Shown: one piece after another, positions 37,401 through 45,800 of the stretch
How the letters are laid out: each line of letters begins with the position of its first letter
How positions within the stretch are numbered: position 1 is the stretch's first letter
NCBI RefSeq assembly: GCF_036365525.1
Contig: NC_090387.1
Coordinates: 44,011,404-44,075,403, forward strand
From: Heterodontus francisci
Taxonomy: Eukaryota
Direction: 5' to 3'
Length of the DNA stretch: 64,000 bases
Made by a program: the position numbers and the translations under genes
The notes under the pieces: model-generated
Told to the model about the DNA's origin: nothing
Database searches by the model: none
What the model saw: the letters and a program-made list of their open reading frames with translations, nothing else

Positions 37401-39092
37401 AATGGCCAACAGTTTTACGGCAAGGAGTTGCAAAATGGTGGGAGAGGTTGGGGACACCTTGGCCATTTATTCAGCACTGTTTCCCACCTGGTAGCTGGTC
37501 CAATGGAGCGGCCTGCAATCGGAGCTGGTGGGAATTTGGTGATCGGACGGGGGTGGGGCGGGACGTTGGTGACTGGGAGGAGGTTGATGATTGTGGGGGA
37601 GGTATTCGATCGGGACGGGGTGGGGTGGTGATCAGGGGTGTGGTGTTTGGGGGGTGGGGGAGGGTTAGTGATCGGCAGGGAGGGCTTGGTGATGGGGGGA
37701 TTGGTGATTGAGGGAGGGGGCGGGAAGGCCAAATGTGGTCCAGCAAGCAAAGGCCCTTGGGAGTGTTGTGGAGCCAGAACGACCACTCCTGCTCTTCCTG
37801 GTTCCACATGAAACTTAAAAAAAAAATAAACTACTTATTTAGTGGAGGTCACTTGCTAGGCTGCAACCATGCCTCTTTTCTGGATCTTCTCTTTATCAAA
37901 CAGAAAACTTTTCTAAAACAGCGGGGTAGAAATTGGACCTTGTTGCTTCTGTTTTATGGGCAAAGCGAGGGACAACTTAGTAGACCTAAAGAATGTCTGG
38001 AGGATGTTTGACCCAATATTGGATCGGACTGCATTTCAGGCACTCTAAGAGGCTGCCCAAGACAGACCACCAGGTCAACATAAGAAGGAAAGGTAATTTC
38101 CTCTGAAGAGATTGGAAGGGCATGTTACTTAAATGGTGGACATTAACCAAATATAAATTGGACATATCCACAATGACAGAATCAATGCAAAGCTGCTTCA
38201 GATATATTGAGGTAAATTTGAGATCAGAGACCCCACTTTCCTGTTTCAGTTTCTGGATTTACCATGGATCCCTTGTGGGCCTTCTTGTCTTTTGGAAAGT
38301 GGCAGAATAACATTACACACCAAACAAATTTATTAAACAAGGCTAATTTATTGATTTGCAAGGCTACAGGGAAAGGATGGGGGAGTGGGACTAGCTAAGT
38401 TGCTCTCACAGAGAATCACAGCGGACACATCGGGCAAGTGGCCTCCTCCTGTGCTGTAACTATTTTATGATTTTAGTTTATTTTGATAAAATAGTTGCAG
38501 TTTTGATGGGTTCAAATATATTTTTGAATAGGTGCTCTTTCGGAGTTGAATAGACAATTACTTAAATCGGCTTGGTGCTGTCACTTTTGGAAAGTATTTC
38601 TCAGCCTGTCTAGTTCATGCTGGAGTCTGAAGCTAATACACAAAAAAAAATCAGACCAGAAAGTTTTTGTGATGGTGAGGAAAGGCCAGAACTGGCAAAT
38701 TAGAATATTATGCACATTACAGTTTAGAGCAGCAGTCACAACTATTTATTACTTTCCATTTCCTGAAGATAGTTTAGCTTAAGAACTACTGTAAAATCTT
38801 CAGCAACACAATTGTTTTGGGTGAACTGTAACATACCAAGTATTAGCTCTATTTTTTCACAAAAAGATCTTTTAACCAGAATAATTAATTGTGTATCTTT
38901 CCATCTTCTAGGGAATGATTCCCTGGTACAAAGGCCTACTTTACAATATACTCTTTCATGCCCATAGGTTAAGAGAGAAATTGACTTCCTTGTTAGTAGT
39001 AACAGATGCAAAACAAGTTTTAAAGGAAATCTCCACTTACCTGTTAAAGACATGATGTAAAATATCATCAATTCTACTAGAAAGCAGTTCAT
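7354..39092 (-). CDS. Multi-exon gene: predicted type I membrane Ig-NLR receptor (SP-IgV-IgC1-TM-IgC1-like-CARD-NACHT-LRR), about 1290 aa
   Basis: Coding exons 39092-39041, 37302-36964, 31923-31594, 28901-28791, 26355-25915, 22924-22487, 20779-19042, 17149-17063, 15705-15622, 13709-13626, 9383-9300, 7438-7354. All junctions are GT-AG. Phases are 1 up to the NACHT exon and 2 through the LRR exons. Total 3873 nt = 1290 codons + TAA, with no internal stop. Confidence 0.8.
8357..9160 (-). mobile_element. CR1 LINE 3' fragment
   Basis: aggaacaggagtaggccatttagc (reverse of the CR1 tail); [18 protein letters not shown]. Confidence 0.75.
9300..9383 (-). CDS. LRR exon ([29 protein letters not shown])
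   Basis: 84 nt, phase 2-2, acceptor ttatttgcag, donor gtaaga. Confidence 0.92.
10015..12293 (+). mobile_element. Decayed CR1/L2-clade LINE (shark family)
   Basis: RT fragments [53 protein letters not shown]. 3' tail gctggcctagccagc..cccacatccc. Confidence 0.85.
12330..13500 (-). mobile_element. Old, highly decayed LINE RT remnant
   Basis: [23 protein letters not shown] (RT GVPQGS motif) and [18 protein letters not shown]. Confidence 0.6.
13626..13709 (-). CDS. LRR exon ([29 protein letters not shown])
   Basis: 84 nt, phase 2-2, acceptor cctatttcag, donor gtaagg. Confidence 0.92.
15622..15705 (-). CDS. LRR exon ([29 protein letters not shown])
   Basis: 84 nt, phase 2-2, acceptor ttctcactag, donor gtacgt. 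Confidence 0.9.
17063..17149 (-). CDS. LRR exon ([30 protein letters not shown])
   Basis: 87 nt, phase 2-2, RI-type LRR consensus, acceptor ttattcacag, donor gtaaaa. Confidence 0.9.
17335..17950 (-). mobile_element. L2 LINE 3' fragment
   Basis: ggagccaatgtaggtcagtgagg, reverse complement of the L2 core seen at about 54880-54900. Confidence 0.65.
18115..18468 (-). mobile_element. SINE, same family as 44396-44842
   Basis: gaactcccctgctcttcttcgaatagtaccatgggattttctacatccacctga is the reverse complement of the core. Confidence 0.7.
19042..20779 (-). CDS. Exon 7: NACHT NTPase + HD1/WHD/HD2 + first LRRs (NLRC3/NOD-like)
   Basis: 1738 nt, phase 1-2. Walker A GVAGIGKS, Walker [11 protein letters not shown], sensor-1 [24 protein letters not shown] motif [17 protein letters not shown]-like IETLELDGC. 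Acceptor aattacag, donor AG|GTATTC. Confidence 0.95.
22487..22924 (-). CDS. Exon 6: CARD (death-fold) domain plus linker
   Basis: 438 nt, phase 1-1. Acceptor ttctcaacag, donor G|GTAAGT. CARD pattern [18 protein letters not shown]...[25 protein letters not shown]...LYLGL. Confidence 0.88.
24197..24214 (-). CDS. Candidate 18-nt symmetric microexon (DRDGHA)
   Basis: tgtttcag|ACAGAGATGGTCATGCAG|gtaact, phase 1-1, frame-preserving, lying between the Ig and CARD exons. Confidence 0.35.
25105..25712 (+). mobile_element. L2 LINE 3' fragment
   Basis: Similar to 54700-55290 (gacctacattggctc; ttatataaatatacgttgtt). Confidence 0.75.
25915..26355 (-). CDS. Exon 5: second Ig C1-like domain, predicted cytoplasmic, with long insertion and F-strand Cys replaced by Phe
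   Basis: 441 nt, phase 1-1. Acceptor tttgtttttcag, donor G|GTGAGT. Motifs [43 protein letters not shown]. Confidence 0.85.
26570..28463 (+). mobile_element. Decayed PIF/Harbinger element (transposase fragment) in Ig-NLR intron 4
   Basis: [69 protein letters not shown] at 27464-28048. Ends gggccagactttt and aaaattcagctc. Confidence 0.85.
28791..28901 (-). CDS. Exon 4: transmembrane helix ([37 protein letters not shown])
   Basis: 111 nt, phase 1-1, not in the ORF track. Strong acceptor (tcttcc, T-run, gtag), donor A|GTAAAT. About 23 uncharged residues followed by a basic RR stop-transfer. Confidence 0.85.
29990..30505 (+). mobile_element. CR1 LINE 3' fragment
   Basis: [35 protein letters not shown]; tail gggccgaatggcttccttctgtgctgt. 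Confidence 0.85.
31594..31923 (-). CDS. Exon 3: Ig C1-set domain (extracellular)
   Basis: 330 nt, phase 1-1. Acceptor tgtctttgtag, donor G|GTGAGT. C1 motifs [35 protein letters not shown]. Confidence 0.92.
32015..32960 (-). mobile_element. CR1 LINE 3' fragments (composite)
   Basis: [15 protein letters not shown]; ATGHSLKIR; CR1-type tail in reverse. Confidence 0.7.
33550..35455 (+). mobile_element. Decayed CR1 LINE
   Basis: [31 protein letters not shown]; [26 protein letters not shown]; [14 protein letters not shown]; 3' tail gggctgaatggcctactcctgctcctatgttcctatg. Confidence 0.9.
35880..36820 (+). mobile_element. Decayed Gypsy-type LTR retroelement gag/protease remnant
   Basis: [19 protein letters not shown]; zinc knuckle [13 protein letters not shown]; aspartic protease [13 protein letters not shown] near 36755. 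Interrupted by an unrelated insert of about 250 bp. Confidence 0.7.
36964..37302 (-). CDS. Exon 2: Ig V-set domain (B7-H6/tapasin-like)
   Basis: 339 nt, phase 1-1. Acceptor tttttaatgcag, donor G|GTGAGT. V-set motifs [30 protein letters not shown]. Confidence 0.92.
39041..39092 (-). CDS. Exon 1: signal peptide ([17 protein letters not shown])
   Basis: ATG at 39092, hydrophobic 17-aa leader, consensus donor ACAG|GTAAGT, phase 1. This is the usual leader-exon layout of Ig-superfamily genes. Confidence 0.8.
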
Positions 39093-39168
39093 TGTCCCAT
39101 TTGTTTTGTTTTCAAATCGATTTGTGAAAAGTAGAGTACATGATAAACTAGTCTCTTAACCGAATAGT

Positions 39169-39192
39169 GAAAGTGAAAGCAAAAACAGGAAG
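39169..39192 (+). promoter_or_regulatory. IRF-E/ISRE (GAAAGTGAAAGC) with adjacent ETS-like CAGGAAG in the Ig-NLR proximal promoter
   Basis: Exact match to the IRF-E consensus G(A)AA(G/C)(T/C)GAAA(G/C)(T/C) at 39169-39180, 77 bp upstream of the ATG at 39092. CAGGAAG at 39186-39192. Confidence 0.65.
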
Positions 39193-39994
39193 ATACAGAT
39201 AACAAAAAAATTTAAAGGGGCAGTGTCTTCATGAAAAGTGTATTTTACATTTTGAGGGGGACACGATGCATTTCAACAATAATTTGTGTCATTGCATTGT
39301 GCATTTGTAAACGCATAAAAAAAGTTTTCTAAACACTTCATGAAGATTGTGCTCTTTTAAACAAAAAACGAATGTTACTATGTGGGGAGCGGAAGGAGGA
39401 GGAAGAAAGAACTCCTTTAGTTCAGAATAGAATGAATAAGAATAAATGGTGAAAATCTGAAAGAAAAACTGAAAATGTCAGAAATATACTGCTTGTCTGA
39501 GTAAAATCAGACAGGTGAAAATCCTTCAGAACTGAGAAAGGTCAGTATGACTCTTTAAAAGACTAATTAAAACAAAGATGGCTGGGGAGAACAATAGGAA
39601 ATATCAAGAGTGCAGATATGCTATTATAAAAATGCTGAGATTTTATAGTCTGTAAATGGGTTCAATTAAAACTGGAAAGAAGTAAAATACTGGATACTGT
39701 TTCAGGCAAAACACAGTTACTCCTGACAATGCAGAGCATGCACAGAGCGATCACAGACATCGTCAGCGAGTGTGAACATTTGCCAGCTTGCTAGTATGAA
39801 TGTGCACATTTACGTGCTGTCAGCAATCAATGACATCCTCACCTCTTAATAGCAGTGATCGCCACCTCCATTCCCCTGAACAGTACCCCGCTCCCTCCCG
39901 CCATATCTGCTTTAGTTGTCACTTCTCCCCTCAGCCACTCACTCCCCGCCTCGCTGCTGCCTTCCCTTAGCCACTTGATTCCACCCTCGGCCAC

Positions 39995-40480
39995 TCGTTC
40001 ATACCCTCCCCACTTCCTGCTCGCTTCCCACCTCGCTGCTTCCTCCCCGCCTCACCTTAGTCACTCGCCTCCACCTTCGGTCGCTCGCTTCCCCCGAGCC
40101 ACTTGTTCACACCCTCTCCACTTCCCGCTCGCTTCCCACCTCGCTGCTTCCTCCCCGCCTCACCTTAGTCACTCGCCTCCACCTTTGGTCGCTCGCTTCC
40201 CCCGAGCCACCCGCTCACGCCCTCTCCACTTCCCGCTCGCGTCCCACCTCGCTGCTTCCTCCCTGCCTCACCTTAGTCACTCGCCTCCACCTTCGGTCGC
40301 TCGCTTCCCCTGAGCCACCCGCTCACGCCCTCTCCACTTCCTGCTCGCGTCCCACCTCGCTGCTTCCTCCCCGCCTCCCCTTAGTCACTCGCCTCCACTT
40401 TTGGCCGCTCGCTTCCCCTGAGCCACCCGCTCACACTCTCTCCACTTCCTGCTCGCGTCCCACCTCACTGCTTCCTCCCC
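39995..40480 (+). repeat. 108-bp tandem repeat, about 4.5 copies, pyrimidine-rich
   Basis: cacctc(g/a)ctgcttcctccc recurs at 40029, 40137, 40245, 40353 and 40461 (period 108). Confidence 0.9.
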
Positions 40481-41759
40481 GAGGCCAATCACTTCCTGCT
40501 TCCCCCCACCACCCCCCTCGATTGCTTGCTCAAGGCTTCGCCGCATCCCCCCCTGAGCTGTGCGCTCCCTGCTGCGCTGCCCGAAGAAGCAGCAGGGGTA
40601 GTGAGCGACTGAGGGGTGACAGGGCAACATGGGAGTGAGTGGCCGAGAGGGGGATGTGGCAAGGCACGAAGCGAGTGGCCGAGGAGGAAGAGGCGAGGGG
40701 GGTAGCGAGTGGCTGAGAGGGGGAAGCGGTAAGGCCTGGAACTATCGGCGAGCAGACGGGCATGGGAGGGATTGGCGGAGAGAAGTGTGATGGCAGGAGG
40801 GTGCGGGGTAGAGGCATGATCGCAGCCATTGAGGGGATTTGGGTTTGTCTTTTTATGATAAATTGAGCAGCGCCATCTTTATTACTGGCAGCTGCGAGGC
40901 ATCACAGTGACATTTCAGTGGATGAGGCACCACCTAATTTTTGTGTCGTCAGAAAATGCAGCCAAAAGAAAAACTACACAGTGGAATTTGAATGGGAGAA
41001 CGTAGCAGGAAAATAGGGTTGGCTGCAGCAGTGTAGGAGACCAAAGACAGAAAAAGTACGGTTTGAGAGGAGGGTGTGAGTGAATTTGAAGCAGTCACAG
41101 AGAGGTCAGGATGATATCTGCAGACTGGAAGATGTTCAACAAAGTTCTCAGCAATCTTCATTCATGAGCATACTGCAGCCCTCCCATAACCAGCCATTCT
41201 AAGGGAACAATATCTTGACTCTCTCGTGCTGAATATCATTTGGGTCTGAAAATCCTTTTGCCAACCGTACTCCATGTTGCTAACGTCTAATCCTGACCCG
41301 ACTGTCCAGGGTCAGTGTAGTTACCTTGCAAATAATTTCAGCAGGTGCTTACACCAGAATGAATAGATCTTGGGTGCCCACTTTGAAATGGGACAGGGAC
41401 AGTGGGGCAGGCACTTCTTTAAGATTTTGTTGTCGTACGTCGCCTATTTTATTTCAGTGCACAGCTGAGGAGCAGCCTGGAAGTTATCGTGTACTGAAAA
41501 AACTAGCCACACACAACAAAACTTTACAGGGAACATTAGTGCTCACCTCCCCCACGATTGCATCCAGGAACCTGGGTTGAATGCTGGCAGCTTATTCAAC
41601 CACAGGGATTGTCACAACCAAGTTTCATTTGTTTTTACCCAAACAGCACACACACACAGTACTCTCACCCAGTATCCTTTATTTCTTCTAAAGCAGCAAT
41701 GACAAACCATATAGCAGTGGCAAATGTCAGGTTTCTGTTTCTGAAGCAGAATCTAACTC

Positions 41760-42535
41760 CATTCCCCCCCGTCTCTAGTCACTGTCTGGCTGAACTAGAC
41801 AGCCACCTTGGTATCCTATTCAACCTTGAGCTGAATGTCAGACCCTATAGGCCCAATTATAACTGTTCAAGTGGATGGGTTTTGATTAAGTTAAAATCTC
41901 ACCCCATATCTTCTCTATTGCAAAGACTACCTCCTTCCACCTCTGTAACATCACCTGCCTCCATCAATCTGCTGCTGAAACAATCGTCTATTTCACCTCC
42001 AAACGAATGTGCTCTAATGCTCCTTCTGGCCAGCCTCCGATCCTCCAGCCTCTGTAAAATGCAGATTAGAAGCTCTGGTGTCCTTTCCTAACCTACACCA
42101 AATCCCACTTATCCATCACACCTGTCATCACTGATCTGCATTGGCTCCCACTCCCAAAATATCTCAATTTTAAAGTTATATTTAAATTCTTCCCTCAATT
42201 CTGTAACTGGCTGTAGCATCACAACCCTCCCTGAACTCTCTAATTCCAGTCTTTATGCCTCTCCTCTTTTCACCCCACTATTAGTAGTCATCCCTTTGGC
42301 CCTGTAGGCTTCACGCTCTGGAAATCATTCAAAAGCATTGCGCCTCTCCGCTTCCCTCCTTTTCGCAACCTGCCTTAAAGCTCTCCTGTTTGACCAAGTT
42401 TTTGATCACCTACTACACCTCCTTCTCCACCCTCCTCAAAATGTCTCCTTTGTTGACCCATTTCTTCATATGCCTCTGTGAAGTGCACTGGGACATATTT
42501 CTGTGTTAAAGGTATGTAAATGGAAGTTGTTGCTG
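41760..42535 (+). mobile_element. L2 LINE 3' fragment
   Basis: ccatcacacctgtcatcactgatctgcattggctccc; tail gtaaatggaagttgttg. Confidence 0.65.
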
Positions 42536-42894
42536 CTTTCAATATAATCAATGACTTCATTTTGGCTTTTATATTTTAAATGACCTTTAATGAAATCAAA
42601 CACTTGGTAAACACATTTTCAGTATGTGTTAATTCACTGTCTGAAACGATAATGTACATTAGGACACATTTACTGAATGTTGTGACAAATCCTTTCATTG
42701 CCCAGCAATTGAGTACAAGAATCTGATAGGGAATCGAATTGCAAGTTTACAAAAAAACTCAAAAACAGACAAGACAACCAGTTCTTGTTTCCACTGATAG
42801 AGTTGAACAAACGGGGTCACATCTCTTCCAGTGAAACTGTGTCGAAGAGTCAATGATTGCAGTGGTTAATGCACACCGGCTGCACAGCCTGGAT

Positions 42895-45800
42895 TTAAAG
42901 GTCTATGCTTCCTTTCCCTTTAAATTTTTTAGCAGAACGTTCACTTGATCTCAGCTGAAACTTGCTGCCATAGATATAGGAAACAAAGCCATCGATTTCC
43001 ACACTGAAGATACTATTTTGCTTGGGAATAACTGTGGTTACAGGAGAACAAAATAATGCAGTAATTAGAACAGTATGTGAAATCAAGTTTCAAACTTCCT
43101 TCAATTCTTCAGTATTTGAACGCTTTACAACGCAAGATGCTTCAATAAAAATGTTCTACAGACATAGACGATGATGTCACGACTGCTACAGGATCAATGT
43201 TTTATGAAATAACGAAATTTACAGCTGGTATGTAAAACAAAGAATAACTGATATCTGGGAATGATTGCAAACCACTAATTTGAGGAATTTGTACAAACCC
43301 AGATTCGCACAATGATTTATGCTTCACAATTCATCACTTATCCACATATAGCTTCCAGCTAACTAGCTTTGAATTAAATTTTGAACTGCAAAACCTGAAG
43401 TTCAAATGGGATTTAGACCCACACACAGTGGAGCTTATGCTGCACTAAACACAAATTACTGTATGAGAGGCTAATCAGAACTTTATTTTAGCTGAGCTAT
43501 TTTTCAGTTAGCTCTCCCAGAATAAAACTGAGCACATGGGGACAATAAGATGTACAACCTTGTCGTGTTCTAAGATCTATCTATTTTGCCACAGAAGGAC
43601 CATAATCTGATTTTCAATAATATGTGACTTTAAAGCTAACTTATACTCAGTAGGGTTTAAATTTCCTTGCAGCTGGGGGGAGGGAGGAACTTAAGAAAAA
43701 GGAGCAGGAGTAGACCATACAGCCCTGAGAGACTTGGGTGAGCCTGCTCCACCATTCAATATGATCATGGCTCATCTCGGGCTTCAACTCCACTTTCCTG
43801 CCCGCTCCCCGTATTGCTTGATTCCCTGAGACACCAAAAATCTGTCTATTCCAACCTTAAATATATTCAATGATGGAGCATTCACCACCCTCTGGGGTAG
43901 AGAATTCCAAAGATTCATAACTCTTTGAGTGAAGAATTTTCTCATCTTAATCCTAAATGATCATCCCCTTATTCTGAGACTGTGCTCCTGTGTTTTAGAT
44001 TTGCCAGCCAGCGGAAACAAGCTCTCAGTGTCTATCACCTATCGCTCTCTGGAGGATAGGATGTGTATTAAAACTAGTCAGTTTGTGGACTGCCTCTACT
44101 CAGATACCACTTCAAACTTCAACAATAAGGGTTGTTATCTCTTCCCTCAGATAGGCTTATTCATTTGGTAAACAGTAAGAGATAGTTGCTCGGATACTTC
44201 CACCCAGGAGTGCGCTAGCTGGTTTAATTGGCCAACCTCAAGACAGGAAGTGGATCAGAGGTCAAACTGCTGCTTTTTTTTTGTTCAGTTAAACGAGAAC
44301 AAAGAAACACAAGAGCAATTAGTTTTGTAAAAGAGATTGATTTAGCAAGAATAAGCACTCTCATTTTAAGCTCATAACTGGTCAGAAACTGTATCAACTG
44401 TGGCTCGGTAGCACTCTTACTTATGAGTCACAAGGTTCCCAGTTCAAGTCCCACTCCAGGACTTGAACATTAAAAATCAAGGCTGACATTCCAGTGCAGA
44501 ACTGACTGAGTGCTGCACTGTTGGAGGTTCTGTCTTTCAAATGAGATGCTAAACCAAGGCCCCACCTTCCCTCTCAGGTGGATGTAAAAGATCCTAATAC
44601 ACTATTTTGAAGAAGAGCGGGGGAGTTCTCCCCAGTGTCCTGGCCAATAGTTCTCCCTCAATCGACATAAAAAAACAGATTATCTGGTCATTATCACATT
44701 GCTGTTTGTGGGTGTTTGCTGTGTGCAACTTGGCTCCCGGGTTTCCTACATTACAACGGTGACTACACTTCAAAAGTACTTACTTGGCTGTAAAGTGCAT
44801 TGAGACATTTTGTGGTTGTGAAAAGTGCTATATAAATGCAAGCCTAAGAATCGAGAGATAATTTATCAGAAAAGTCTGACTTTAGAAAATTGAAAAAATA
44901 AACATAGAAAGAAGCAAGGGTTTATCCTGTTCATCTCCTACAGAGTTTTACTGCTAAGACCCAAGGTCATGCTATCATATGACTTGATATTGGGCAGTAA
45001 AAATAAAGTTTTCATTGTAAAGGATGTGAAATCCACTATGGAACTGACCAGTAATAATACACCCTAGAACAAACCCAAAATTTGCAACAATACCTTTAAG
45101 CTTATTTTCCTCAGTGATAATCTTGAATATGTGTTTCATTTCCTGCAGAATAATTCCTGTGACCCCCACATAGGAGGGACATTTGGACTTCACCACTGTA
45201 ATGCAAACAGATTTTTAATATAAAAATGTGATCTCAGCAAACATTTTAACCTGAGGTTTTCTTTATGCTTATAGACTGACGGGTTAGAAGGATTGCTTGC
45301 ACATGTGCACTTTGCAAAAACAAATTAATTTTACATTTAAGAAACCTGCTGGATCTAATTATTTATCGGGGAAAGATCAGAACCCTTGGGGGCAGAGTTG
45401 TGTTTGTTGGTAGCAGACATGCCAACCCCACCGTCTCATAAATCAAGGGACAAACCTTTAAAAAAATCAAGAGATTTGGTATAAAAATCATGACTTGCTA
45501 TTTTTTACAAACATAAACCAAATAGATTAACAATTGGTTAATTGGTGGCTTATTTAATCTAACAGGAAACAGAGAGTAGGCACAAATGGATTGTTTTCAG
45601 ATTGGCAAGCTGTAACTAGTGGAGTGCTGGGACCTCAACTATTTACAATCTATATCAATGACTTGGATGAAGGGACAGAATGTATAGTTGCGAAATTTGC
45701 TGATGACACAAAGATAGGTAGGAGAGTAAGTTGTGAAGAGGACATAAGGAGACTGCGAAGGGATATAGATAGGTTAAATGAGTGGGCAAAGATTTGGCAG

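Noticed and set aside
39855-40313. 152-aa Pro/Ser/His-rich ORF with a 36-aa repeat
   Set aside because: It is the translation of the 108-bp tandem repeat, has a non-ATG start and shows no splice or domain evidence.
39995-40480. CRISPR-like periodic array
   Set aside because: Units are contiguous near-identical repeats without unique spacers, in a vertebrate genome with no cas genes.
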